Notes: generated by a model from the sequence alone, not told the origin. A DNA stretch of 64,000 nt from Moniliella sp. 'wahieum' (GCA_003971905.1 RSEE01000055.1:372001-436000); one strand, 5' to 3'; counted from the stretch's first letter, positions 13,744 through 26,529 are shown. A program made the numbers and translations.

Positions 13744-16523
13744 ATGCTCCAGCCCCACCCCCACCACCAATGTGCGCCGCCCGCCAAGAGCAGCCTGGCG
13801 ATGGCCTGCCGCACCCCCGCCTCCCCACCACCCGCCCCGCACTCCGCCTTTCCTCCGCGCCCTCCACCCGCGTCCCCCTCGCTTGCCGCCGCCCTCCCGC
13901 CCCCAGCGCCTGCCTCCCTCGCTGCCCCTCCCCCCCGCCTCCCCTCAGCTCCCGCCCCCCCCGCATGCCCCTGCCGCGCACCCAAACGCACACTAGGCAA
14001 GCGCCGCCGCCCTAAGCGCGACGTGTCGGGTCCCAGCGCCTCCCCTCCCGCTCCTGGCACCCGAGGCCTGGCTCCGCCCGAATCATCCGGCGGAGACGAC
14101 AAGTCTCCCGGCCCCACTTGTGGCCCGTTGCGGCTCCTCGCCTGTAGCAACTGCCGTCGACGAAAGCTCAAGTGCGACAAGAAAACCCCGTGTGGGGCTT
14201 GTGTCAGCCGGAATGAAGCGCGGGAATGTGCGCTGGAAGAAGGCATGATTTTGCCGTATGTATTCCCTTGGAACTTGCCCTTGCCCTCACCCTCCATGGC
14301 CCCTTTGCTTGTTCCGTCTTCGCGACGGTGTGGAACGGCGTGCTGATCTTTCTGTGGCGTGATTACAGTCCCGCAACGGAGCCTTCGCAAGACTCCCTCC
14401 AAGATCGACTAGAGAAACTCGAGTCCCTTTTGCTCAAGATCACAGACAAGGTGATGCACCAACCAGCGGAGCCCCGCCCTCCCGGCCGACTGGAGCTCAA
14501 CGTTCATCTAGGTCTGCCCCTGCGGAACAATCCCAGTGGGTAGGAGACGGAAACGGAAACACACAGGAAACAATACGGCCCCCGGCGAGGAAACTAGCGC
14601 CCAAGCGCAGGCTTTGATCACCCTTATGCGTCCTGATTCTAGCCTGCTGCATCCACCCAGGCCCGATCCAAGATTCTTCGTGAAGCTCTCGATCTCTACC
14701 CAGATGCGGAAGCTGTGCGAACGTGTTGCTCTGTTTATGTACGTTTCCCCTCCCACCATCCTGCACTTTCTCGATGAGCGTTAAGTTGAACTCTGATGGT
14801 GAATTTCTTCGTATGTAGTTCAAAGAAGCCGATGCCATGCTCCCCGTGTCAATGAGACCAAGTTCTGGCGCCAGTTCTCGAAGCACGAGGCGTTCATTCG
14901 CCGTTTCGCAACCACGAAGTGGTGTGGAGCGAAGAGATCCGAGCTGAGACGACCTTTTTTGCATTGGTCTTGGCTGTGGTGGTGGTGGGACTGGTGCACT
15001 CGTTGGATGTACAACTTTACCGCAAGTTTCGAGAGCGGTACGAGACGCCAGTGCCGATTTTTGTCCATATGACTTTTCGCCTCTTGTTTTGTTGGACCAT
15101 AATGAGCGGCCGACGTTGGATAGCATCGCGTTGGCTTGGTCACACACCAAATCTTGCTCCAGTCCCGTACCTCTTGGGCCCCCAACATCTTCACTGCCAT
15201 TATGGCCCAGGATGCATTTTTGATCAGCCTACAGGCCGATCCACCACAGGGCTGTCCCAACGACGTGGCCCTGGACGGATCAGCCTCTGGGCCAACATTG
15301 CTTTGCTGGAATGGTTTAGTTCTATCAAGATGGGCCGTGCCTCGATTATCAACTGCGACGGCTTGATGGCCACGCCTTCGTTCCTCTATTCTCAAAGCAG
15401 CTGGGACCAAGCCAGCATGGATGGACCATGGTCTTATTTGCACAAGTACCGTTTCGAGCTGGGCCGGATCGCCATGGCCTCAATGCGCCGCGATGCGATG
15501 GGGGAGGAAGAGTCGTTTGAGTACACCCTCACCCTCCAAGCGCGGCTGGACAACTTATTTGAGGTGATGCCTTTGCGGCTCAAGGAGGCGCTCGAAGACC
15601 CTTTCAACGAAGGGCGTCGCTTGGTCTCGGTACTAATCATTGCGCGTTCCATGCATGCATGGCTCGAGATGTTTTTACACGACGTCACTATTGCCGCGGC
15701 TGGACCGATCCCAAGTTCAGTATCTCGCGCCAGACGTTTTACCAAGCTGCCTTGTTCTTTATTTCGACGTTTCTCGAGTACTGGAACGACATGGCGCGTC
15801 GGCACCAACTCAGCCCGGCTAGCTTGCACTCCGATACCTGGCCTGACATTGCCCCTGGCCTCTTATTCCGGCTCTCCCCGCTTGCCCGAACCGCATTTAC
15901 GCTCGTGGACCAGGTAGAACGCCACATGGGCCTCGCGCGTGCTTACCCGCACATGGTATCTGACCAAGAACGTGCTGAACACCCTAAACTTCTCCACTTG
16001 ACCAACCAGATGAACCAGTTGCGACAACAGTTCCCCCCCTCTTCTCCTTTGCTGATAAGGACGATTCCGACACGATGGTTCCTATTATCCCTCCATTGCT
16101 TCTTTGCCCACTGTGCAACTGGATAACGACCCAGGCACAGATAACGCCTCCACTCACCCAATACAGTCTGTTGATCCGTCCGTCAACACCACCTTGTTCC
16201 CCGGTGCGCCTAGCGCTAGCATCAGTGCGGCTGGTGCGCCAGCTGGGCCGGCTGGTACGACGACAAGTGCGACTAGTACGCCGGCTGCTGCGACGACAAG
16301 TGCGCCTAGTGCGCCTAGTGCGACTAATGCGACGGCTGGTGCGACGACAAGTGCGACTAATGCGACGGCTGGTGCAACGCCTATCGCTCCACTGGACTTG
16401 GAGACGTTGTTGCAAGTGCCAGTGCTGCAGCCCATGTTTGGCAATGGCGGTCCGTACGACGATAACACTCGGTTGTCCATGTCGTTTGAAGATTTGCTAC
16501 TTGCCTTTAATCCGATCATCTGA
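13744..16523 (+). CDS. Zn(II)2Cys6 fungal transcription factor
   Basis: ACSNCRRRKLKCDKKTPCGACVSRNEAREC at ~14140-14230, followed by coiled-coil LQDRLEKLESLL. Introns ~14256-14369 and ~14739-14818. Middle region is frameshifted; Ala/Thr-rich C-terminus. Start codon uncertain (13744 or 13801). Confidence 0.85.
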
Positions 16524-17092
16524 CCTTGGCCCACTGTGGGTCCCAGAGTCCACTTGCAAGTTGCCCACACGCCTGTCGTGCAGATGGGGATGGGCCTGGG
16601 CCTGGGCCTGGGCATGGGCATAGGGATCGGAGTCCCTTTGTTCCTAGTTTGTCATGTTGGGTCTCGCAGTTCTTTTTGTTGCGGAAGCGCCGTATCCAAT
16701 CCACTTCTCCTTCACGATCGAAACGTTCCATTGAGCAGCGCCGCTCTTAACTGGGAGAATAGTAAAAGGGCCAGCAGGCTGGACGGTTGGATAAGAAAGA
16801 AGAAGGGAGGGGGAGAGCGTTCCGTATATGCGTTCTGGACCTATTTTGGTTGGGTTGGTCGGGGGGAGGAGATAGTGCAGCTACCGTGTTTACGTAGTCT
16901 TTGTGTAGAGACGAGAAATGGAGAAGCGGGTATATTGGTACACTGAATACAGGTTGTGTAGGGGGCCGCAGAGAGCTGGAAGGATGCTTGGTTGTAGAAA
17001 GAGCAAGATAGAGAGGGTTGGAGAGTGGTAGTGTGCGCACAGGGTGTGATGCGTATTACATAGGGGGGGTTGGGCATCAGTAGTTGAACCCT

Positions 17093-17948
17093 TCACGTAA
17101 GTGCGAAGGGCGGGTCATCATGCTCAAGGGGGGGCAACCCCACAGAGTTACATGGACCGGGATCCAAAGGTAGAAGAGGAAGGGCATCCGTGAACAAGGG
17201 TTCAGTGGGAGGGAAGGTAGAGGGCGGGGAAGTATCCAAGGGAAAAGGAGGCGAGGAGGTAGGAAACTGATACGAAGGCAGTGGGTTCGGCGGACTCAAC
17301 TGATTCTGCGCCATGACGAGGGTGAGGGAATGGTGCAGTTGGTGAATAACGCGCCATAGTTGGGTACGTTCCGATTGGGCGGCTGTCACCGCATGCTGTA
17401 GTGCGCTCAGTTGCGATTCTAAGTGCGCATACGAGGCGTGGTGCGCGTCAGTCTGCACCGCGGCACGCGTCGCCTCCCACCGAACTGGTTCCGAGTCGAG
17501 GGTACGACGACGGATGATGGTATCCAACAAGTCGGTCCTTCCCCGACGAAAGTGTGGGTGACTGAATTCCCATAGTTGGGGCTGCCCAGCAGCTTTGGAG
17601 GAACGAAGGGGCTTGTTCATCTTGTAAAACCCGTACCTGCACAGCACATTGGTCAGCTCCATCGTTTCTTCCACCACTGTCTATCCTTTCCACCATATGC
17701 CTCCAAAACCACCACAGGAAGAGGGGGGACGCGTACATATTGAGCTGGCGGACAAAGGAGCTAAAGTTATTGTGGTTGAAGTGTTGGCCAAGCACGTTGG
17801 TCGTAAACGCTTCCACGTCGGAAATGATGACACTGGTCCCACTGGCGTTCCAAGCCAGGTGGCTGGCCGGGTCAGCCTCGGCGTCCTGGACCATCTTGTA
17901 CAGTTTGTACACAAACCTTGACTTGCGATCCTTTTCCCGGTAATCCAT
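17093..17948 (-). CDS. HSF-type DNA-binding domain transcription factor
   Basis: FVYKLYKMV...LAWNASGTSVII...FNHNNFSSFVRQLNM|YGFYKMNK...WEFSHPHFRRGRTDLL. Intron 17637-17736 (GTACGC...CAG). Short coiled coil follows. The N-terminus may extend further upstream. Confidence 0.88.
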
Positions 17949-20900
17949 CAAGCCCTCTGGGACTGCTTGGGGCAGAGGCACGGCTGGAGCAGGGAGTGGG
18001 ACCTCACTGCTTGTCCTGGGTACAGGAAGGGATGGGGGGGCCGGGGAGCAGGCAAGGAGCTGGCTGGGGGGAGGCCGCGGGGGGCGCGGGTGGGTTGTAA
18101 CGTGGCAAAGCAGGAGTAGGCTGATGCTTGGTCCTGTCCACGAAGAGACGGCTGTGGGGGAGAGCACGAGAGGGACAAGTTGGGGTCACTGGTGCAGAGT
18201 TCGGCGCTTGACGTGACCGTGTGTGGAAGAAGGTCATAGGAGCTGGGAGTGTGCTGAACCGGCGGCCAGACGGCCGGGGGGCAGGGGGAAGGAGTCCCGG
18301 AAGAGACCGGAGGTGAGGGGTGGGCTGGGGGCGAGTGGGAGAGGGGCGCGTGGGGGCTGGTTGTCAGAGATGGGAGTGTGCATGATCGATGTTGGTGGTT
18401 GGGAGAAGAGCAGGGGGTTGGAGGCAGGGGGCGAAGGGTACTGTCGGGCCAAGGCGAGGCGCGTCTGGTTGATATTTAGTGCATTTGCACGGCCCTTCTC
18501 CAACACTCTTTCTGAGAGGCTATAGGATGCGGACAGAGGCGGGGCATATAATGGTTGCACGTTGCGCAGCCTGCCGTGGGGTAGCAAGGGGCGAAAGGGC
18601 CCCTATGTATGTGCCAGCATCATCACTAATATGATCGAAGTACAAACACACAGCCTACTACGTACGAACCGAGGTGAAGAGTGATGCAAGTGATGCAACC
18701 CCGTGAAGTTGCAAAACGGTGCAAGTAGACGCAGCACGCGCGAGTACCTGAGTACTACTGAGCTCCAGTACCCTCCCAGCACTCAGTCTGAGTACTCAGT
18801 GAGTGTCCACAGTGGTGACATACCTGTGACATCGATCATCCTGATCCACCACATCCGGATCTTGAGGCGACGCCGAGGCGGGGCCGAGGCGGAGCAGAGC
18901 GTCCAAACAGAGACTCCCAAAAGGCAGAACCGCCCAGAGCCGACCAACACGAGCGGTACAACAGCGACATGTGTGGGACATCATATACAATTCCGTCGGT
19001 CCTCGCATCACAGTATTTTGCACCTAGTACGCCCCTTCCAAGCTTTTCTCCGCTTCCCGCTTCCATGTACCACCAACCGCTGCTCTGTGTGCTTTTGCAG
19101 TCTCTCCAAAGTTCCCCATCGATCCCCATAATCGTGCATCGGCCCATCCTCGACATCGATCATCGGAGTCTCCTGAATCTGCTATGCATCACACATGCCC
19201 GCGACGACCGGCTACTTTTCGGGGCCTGGCGGTCGGCGGCACTCTTGTGCTCAATACGTGCCTCAGCTGAGGCCTCAGCCTGAGGCCTCAACGTCTCAAC
19301 CACAACACACTTGTAACTCTCATCGGCACCTTCAACGTCAAAAGCATTACATATACCCTGGAAATGCGCCGCAATTCAGCGGGATTAGGCGATTAGGAGA
19401 GTAGCAACATAGCTACTAGTACCACCTAAAATTTCCTAAAAGCCCGACAACAAGTCACTATAGTGACTTGCCCTCTTGTGCCTCTACCCTTCTGCTTATT
19501 GCAACCCTCGACAACTCCGCACTTGCCCAAGTCCCTTGGTCTGAGATCTGAGTCTTGAGAATTCCTCAATCGCTCATCGCCTCAGGCCCTCAGATCTATG
19601 AGAGCCGCTGAGCGCGAGCGGGCGAAGGCCAGCGGCGCGACCACCAATAACACATGCAACGCCGAGCTTGGCACAAGCCCCTCGGTCTGGGATATGTCAG
19701 GGATGTCGACGAGGGATGTCGATACGTCTGGATGAGCGCGCAGCTGCGCGCTACGCGCGAGCGCGAGCGCGAGCACCAGCTTGTGCAACTTGGAGCTTGG
19801 CACAAACCCTCTCTGACGTGGTGTCCAGCGTGGCGCCCCAGCCTCCATCATGCATCGTACATCATGCATCGCTAGTCACACCGAGCACCGACCCCCGAGC
19901 ACCGATCAACACCGAGCACCGACCACCGACCGCCGGTATGTAGTAAGACCTAAGGCTCAAGGCCCAGGGGAGGACCAAACGAAACGCAGACACCATCCAG
20001 CATCGGGCCCCTTTCTCAGCTAGTCTGCTACAGCTCCAGTGAGTACTGAGTTAGCCCGGGGCTACGGGGGGCAGGGGAGGAGAAAGAGGCTCAATACATA
20101 GTGCGCCCCATGTGTCATGTCTGGGATATGGTGCATGGCGTCTGTGACATGTGACATGCCACATGCGACTTTGAATGGATGGGACATGGGACATGGGATT
20201 GTCTGATGAGTTCGATCAATCATAGTGACCCTCTCGATCAGATCACCGATCACCAAGCATATCTCAGATCTGACCTCAGACTACAGAGATTCATATGTTC
20301 TCGTTCAAGTTCAGCGGTGTACACTGGCCTGCGGCCTGAGGAGACACGTTTTCTGGACCAGGTGTGCAAAACAGGTTAAAAAAGCCCCAAAGTAGCCGCG
20401 CCACATGCACAATACTCCGCGTACACTTACGTACCATCGGAGCCGCGCTGGGCCGCGCTAGGCTGCGCTGCGCCTCTTTTGCGCATCAAGCTTCAAAAGC
20501 TTCAAGCTTCAAGCTGGCTCGTTTCCTTAACCTGATCTCAGACCCCGCGAAACGCCCCACTCGACTCCACACTTATCAAGGTCACTAGGTCACTCGAGGT
20601 GGTGACATGGTGACCAAGTCGGGTTAGGCCTTAGGCCTTAGGCCTTAGGCATTCGTACCCTTAGTAGGGTCAGTTGGCTTGCCTCCTGTTGCTTTTGGTC
20701 TGTGCTCCAACACGCCACAACTGTGGAAAAATTGACTCCACCGGGCCACCGTCGGCACCACTTTTTTTTTCAGATCTCAGACTGAGATCTCACCGGTCAC
20801 CGGTCTCAGATCTCACCCCAGCCTGTCAAATTAAGAAGGGGGTGTGGACCATCACATGTCACACAGCCACGGCATCACTTTTACTGGGTATCATATAATT

Positions 20901-21828
20901 ATACCAAGCACGTTCGCTCCCGACACCATGTCCGCCTCGGATTTTCTGGATTCTCGACAACCATAGGTTTGAAGATGAAGAGGAGGCAGCTAAGTGGAGA
21001 CGAGAGGATGGCTGTATTGAATCAAATGGCCGGAAAGGGTCAGGAGTTGGACAGGACGAGAAGGGAAAGTGGGGAAAAGGATCGCCACTGATCGAGGATG
21101 CTGACTGTTCGCTGTCCCTTTTTTGGTAACCCCCTCCTAAGCCCTATCGCACTAGCATGGCTGTTGACAGCACGAAGCAGACGAAGCAAGCGAAGGCTGC
21201 GAAGGCACTAAGAATATCATCCGATAGCACTTCCTCGTAATGCATAACGCAGAACACTTGGTAGCATATACCAGTTTTGAAGAAGATAGGACAATCATTT
21301 TTTCTAGTTGTGGTACAAATCACATATTGGGTTACCGAACCCTGACAGCGTTGGCAGCAGTAGGTCCACAAGCGTGCAAACCCGACCTTGAGCAACGCCT
21401 GTTGTTGTTTGTCGAGGCGCTTCGCACCGAGATTGCATCTGTCACGGGCTGCGGCGGACTCGAGATGGTCCGACCGAAGCTAAGGCCCGCCTGCTCCGCA
21501 CATGCCCAGTAGAGCGTGCTCCGCAGGCCAACTAAGTGCGATGATGGTTGGCTAAATTAAGTATCATGGCCGAAGGGCCATGCTCCGCGCGGCAATAGTC
21601 GCCTCCCGCCCAAGTCCAACAAGTCGGCCGGCCTAAATAAGGCCACCGAGCTTCCAGTGCCGTGGCGACGTCTGTCGCCCCGTCCCCGTTTCCTTTTCCT
21701 TTCTCGGTCGCGCCTGCGGCGACCACCCCGCTTTTGACATGTCTTCCTTTCTACACCCCCTCTTGTATCCGTTTCCCTTTTGATCCTGCCTGTACCCCTG
21801 GTTGATGGGGATCTTTTCCCCCACCTTC

Positions 21829-21893
21829 CATTCTCGTCATCTCTCGTCCCCATTCTCGTCATCTCTCGTCCCCATTCTCGTCATCTCTCGTCC
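21829..21893. repeat. 22-bp tandem repeat (CATTCTCGTCATCTCTCGTCCC) x3
   Basis: Copies at 21829, 21851 and 21873 (the last lacks its final base). Confidence 0.9.
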
Positions 21894-23361
21894 TTTCCCG
21901 CCTATCCGGTCCGACTCCTGCCCGTTTTCCAGCCAATTGATCCAGTACAGGCAGCTCCTCTTGTTAGCGTCCGACATCTCCTCCGACCTCGTCCTCCAGC
22001 CATTCGTCAGTCCAGTCGCGCGAGCCCTCCTCTGGCTGCGTCGATTTCCAGTCTCAGTTGAGGCAGTGTTTGTCGGCCGCTGTCTCCTCCTCCCCTCCCT
22101 AAGTCCCGGAGGCTTCAGACACGTTACTATGGCCCAAGCCGGTGCAGACGCAGCCTTGCCACACGTGCAGCGGCCCCACCAAAGGCCTCTCCTCGTCCCT
22201 AGCACCGCTCGGATACACCAGCCAGCCCAAGCCCGAAGCTACCGTGAGTCGACCTACCGTCGCCTAAGGGAATGTACCCCAAAACCCCAGGGCGGGCCCC
22301 CTAGCGGCGCCCGCCGGTGACACGATCAGTGGGACATATATAACAGGGAACTGGCCTTGGGAGTTGGGGGCAAAAGGCGTTGCGGCTATTCCCGATACTC
22401 CCCCGTTTTGATGGTGAACGTCATCAGTGCGCCGACGCTTGACGTCGCTTTAATGCAATGTCACACGGTACTAATGACGCACGGTATGTCGCCCGTCAAG
22501 AGGGAGCACGCATACGAACCAAGGATGGTCTCAAAGGTGTGCATTAGAGGTTTTGGACAGTGGGTTGCCGGAGTAGTAGTATGCCGATGGGTATGCTGTG
22601 GTCCACAGGACGTAGAGTGTGGGCCACAGACTGTTCATACCCGGGTGCACCTGGGGGAACGACGGATAGAAGGGAGGGGGGGGAGGTTAGGGGGGTCAGC
22701 AGGAGGGTCGCACGTCATACCTTTAGCTTCTTTAATGATCAGGTAGGGTACGTGGAAGGCCAAGGAAGGCGCGGATCCAGGATCACGTTTGCGCATTCGT
22801 TGTGGCAGCTTCACACGGGCCTGTTTGGCAGGGCGTAGTTAGTCTTGGCCAATGCCTTGGAGATGATCAAAAGGGATAGATCAATCTTCTTGTTTTACAA
22901 AAGAGGTCCACCGACCGAGATGACATGTTTGACATACGCTTCTCCGCCGTTCCCACGTCCCAGTTCATAAGCATTTCCCGTCAACCAATCTCGATGGCAA
23001 TCTCCTTGAATTTGGGACCCTTCTTGTCGTGCATTTCAGGGCGGGTTCAGTACAGCCCCGCATAGCGGGTTTCTTGTTGATCACAAGAGGAAGGGGAAAT
23101 ATCCCTTTGAGAACTCGAGCTTGAAGATACTGATAAACGTCTTGCTCACCCGCTGCTCAGTCGCTTGTTCAGTCGGCGCCGATGCGAATCGCCGCCGCAA
23201 AAGGCCGGCACACCAAAAATTTAACCCGCACGGCCAAGTTGGGATCACTATAACTTACCTCGGCATCGTGCTCGCAGCCCTTGGCAATGGTGTATTAATC
23301 GCGCTTCAATCACTCCTTCCTGCTTGGTCGCGTGGATCCTTTGGACCACAACGGACATCTA

Positions 23362-23940
23362 AGTACATCGACTAACCAAGCGTAAGCACAAGAGAGACTC
23401 TCTCTCAGTGGGAAGCACCAGAGCATAGACCGGCTCGGCAGTACATTGACTAACTAAGGCTGATAGCAAGTGTTGGCTCTCTCAGTGCGAAGCGCCAGAG
23501 AGGAGACCAGCTCGGCACTACAGTGACTAACTCAGGGTGATAGCACTGAGTGATGGCTCTCTCAGTACGAAGCGCCAGAGAGCAGAGCCTCTCGGCAGTA
23601 TAGTCTAACAAGGCGTGACGCGTGAGCGCACGAGTCTCTCTCAGTGGGAAGCACCAGAGCGCAGACGAGCTCGATAGTCCATTGACTCACTACGCGTGAG
23701 CACAAGAGACTCTCTCAGGGGGAAGCAGCAGATGGCTGGCCAGCTCGGCAGTACATTGACTAACTAAGTGTGAGCACCAGTGCCTCTCTCAGTGGGTAGC
23801 ATCCGAGAGCAGGGCCGCTCGGGGTTTCATTGACTAGCGAAGCGTGAGCACAACAAACTCTCTCTATGGGAGGCACCGGAGGGAAGGGTGGATCGGCTAT
23901 GGCGTGCCTAGGCCAGTGCTCCAGTCGGCAGGCTCTCTCA
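23362..23940. repeat. Degenerate tandem array of about 7.5 units of 74-80 bp
   Basis: Anchor CTCTCTCAG ends at 23408, 23485, 23565, 23644, 23718 and 23792, with variants at 23866 (CTCTCTCTA) and ~23940 (CTCTCTCA). Approximate consensus: CTCTCTCAGTGGGAAGCACCAGAG-N-AGACCAGCTCGGCAGTACATTGACTAACTAAGCGTGAGCAC-N. Confidence 0.92.
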
Positions 23941-25300
23941 CCTACTGTCTGCCTGACCTGGGGGTAACTATAGGGCCCAGTAGTCGTCGCATCGAGCTGC
24001 AGTCAACCATTGCGACACCCCCCCCCCATCTTCCCACACGCGTCAAACACATGTGCTTGTCTGATCCATCAGTATCATCAATTGAACCGTTGCGGGGTGT
24101 AGGCGTCTGTCATAACAATACATCGCCAAGTGACGGTACGAGACTCTCAAGTCCACCATTCTGCAATTCCGGGATGAGCGATCGATGCACATCTTCCTTC
24201 TGTTGCCCAAGAAAATCAACGAGAGACGGAATTGAGGGCGTGTATTGTATGTAGGAACACAACGGTTTGTACTATAGTCTCGCTGCGTAATATGACCTCT
24301 GCAACATGTCCAGCTGCAAAAACGGCCTTGGAGATCGGTGATGAGCTTGTTGTCCGTCGTATTATATCACAGGCCTCGGAGGGTAATCTTGACTTTGGCG
24401 CGGCTGTTTCTCTCTCGGCCCTGGCAGATGGGGGGAATTGAGCTGGCTTGAAGCTAGATTGCTTTGGTTCTCGATCAAGAGGTAGGGCATGTCAACGTGG
24501 GACGTATTGTAACCAATGGCTATCTGCTCTGCCTGTTTGCTGTGTTGTGAAATGTGAAATGTGAAATGCTAAATCTGAAACGTTACACCTTGAACGTTCA
24601 ACATGGAGGCGCTCCTTGTCGCTCTCACATCTCACGCGTCACGTGCAATGCTCGCTGGGCACTTGGCTGGGGGGCTGCCCGTCTGGCGTTGCTCCGCCTG
24701 GGCCGCCGGGTAGACGCAGGTCGAGGCAGATCGAGGCAGACAAGCGCAAGGCATCAGCAGGAGTACTCGGTGCAACGTCCAGTCCCCGTGCACCTCAGCC
24801 ACACAAGCCCACGTCATTAACGTCATTTGTCCCCGGGACGCTAGTGGTGCAGTGCCCGTCTGCGTGCACAGCGTGTCCACCGCTATTTCCACCAAGCCTC
24901 ACCGGCTGAAATTTCACTCTCGCCCCATCCGATGGTGCGGTGCGTGTGGTGCGACGCGCGTGAAAGCGCGCTGGGGGACAGGAAGCTGGCCGCTGCGCTT
25001 GGCGCTTCCTACTGGCTGGCCAGTTTCACGAACCCAGCATCATTCACAGCATCCCACCTGCGCTGGCTGCTGCGCGGGGCAAGCAAGCAAGCCCAGCCAG
25101 CCCAGCCCACAGCAGCGCTTCCCACGTCCACCCCAGCCGCACCCCCCCCTGCATCCTGCCCACCTCAGCCTGCCCACCGGCCCAGCACTCCTCCGACTCC
25201 CGGGCCCACCTTTAAGTCCACCAGCGCCTCCCGCCCCCCCCTCCCCCGTCGTCTTTTCCCTTTCCCTTTCCCACCACCACGTCCCCTCCTCCCCTCGGCC

Positions 25301-26529
25301 ATGGCATCCACCGTTCCATCCTGGAAACGCTCGGCCGACCAAGGCCCCGTCCTCTCCTACCGTGCCCCCTTGTCGCTCGACACGCTCCTGGGCCTGCTCA
25401 ACGCGACGCTCCTCAAGCCATGGGCACTGCTCCTTCTCCCGCTTGGCGCGGTGGCCGAGGCCGTGCACAAGGGCACCGTGCCTGCGCCCGCATCGCTGCT
25501 CGATACGCTGCACACGCAAGGGGTCAACGGTGTGCTGACCGCTCTGCGGCCCGTAGCGCACACGGCGACAGTGAGCAAGTGGCTGTTTGTCCTCGTCTTG
25601 CTCTGGAACCTGCACCGCACAGCGACGCGCTACGTGAAGAACTTGGGAGCCTTCCGTGCCGACCCAATTGATTTTGAGAAGGATGTGATTGTCGTGACGG
25701 GAGGTGCGGCCGGGATTGGCAAGGCAGTAGTAGAACTACTGTCGCACAAACATCATGCCAAAGTGGCCGTTTTGGACATGGCTGCTCCTCACCTACGCAC
25801 CAGCACCAGCTGGTGCCCCCCATCCTGTACATCAAGACGGACGTGACGTCCAAAGCGGCTGTCGCTGCTGCCGCGCAGCAGATTAAGGAGACGTTTGGTT
25901 CGGACCCGGCTGTCTTGGTGAACAATGCCGGTTTGGCAGAGGGACATCGGTTGTTGGATGTGGACTTGGCGTTGGTGGAACGTTTGTGGCGGGTGAACAC
26001 GTTGGCGCACTATGTCACCATTCAACAGTTCCTCCCAGCTATGATTGCCTCTAACCACGGTCACGTCGTTAGTGTCGCTTCGTCGGCTTCTTACATGTCG
26101 ATCCCGCAGCTCGGCACGTACGCCATGACCAAGAGCGGGGCTTTGGCTGTGCACGAGGCCTTGACGGGCGAACTGCGGGCGCGGTACAATGCGCGTAGGG
26201 TACGCACCACCGTCGTTTGTCCTACCAAGGTCCGTACCGCCTTGGGTGACGCCTTGGAAGACCAAGCCAACCAATTGCTCGCACCTACCTTGGAACCAGT
26301 CCAAGTCGGCCAACGTATTGTCGATGCCATTAAATCCGGGATGAGCATGCAAATCATCATGCCGGGCATCATGAACATTCTCCCCGTTGCCAGTCGCGGC
26401 CCGGCATGGGCTCGCCGCCTGGTAGAAGTCATTGGCGATACCGATAACAACGTCACGGACAAATCCATCAGTCGCGCCACTAGCAACGGCTACGGCGTCG
26501 ACATCAAATCGCCCAACAAGAAGGACTGA
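25301..26529 (+). CDS. Short-chain dehydrogenase/reductase (retinol dehydrogenase/17-beta-HSD11-like) with N-terminal membrane segments
   Basis: VIVVTGGAAGIGK Rossmann motif, LVNNAG, GHVVSVAS, catalytic YAMTK (YxxxK). One frameshift near 25790. Confidence 0.92.

Larger units (their letters stand above)
21276..24520 (-). pseudogene. POL3: Decayed partial copy of the DNA polymerase delta catalytic subunit
   Basis: Collinear minus-strand remnants read by eye: IGYNTSHVDMPYLL (ExoII, ~24480-24520); LQLDMLQ..QRDY; FLGQQKEDVHRSLIPELQNG; YTIAKGCEHDAEVSYSDPNL (for VIYGDTDS); [88 protein letters not shown]...DCPIFF (CysB). Stops, indels and many substitutions. Intron 22651-22720 is retained. Confidence 0.88.

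Noticed and set aside
20621..20650. Telomere-like TTAGGC repeats
   Set aside because: The period is 7 (CCTTAGG), not 6, and there are only about three copies; it belongs to the heptad family.
23362..23940. CRISPR array
   Set aside because: Eukaryotic context, no cas genes, degenerate repeats, and inter-anchor segments homologous to each other rather than unique spacers.
23362..23940. Tandem hammerhead ribozymes, or one continuous repeat-protein ORF
   Set aside because: Minus-strand CTGAGAG does not match the CUGANGA core and no GAAA partner is conserved. Most unit lengths are not multiples of three and stops occur.
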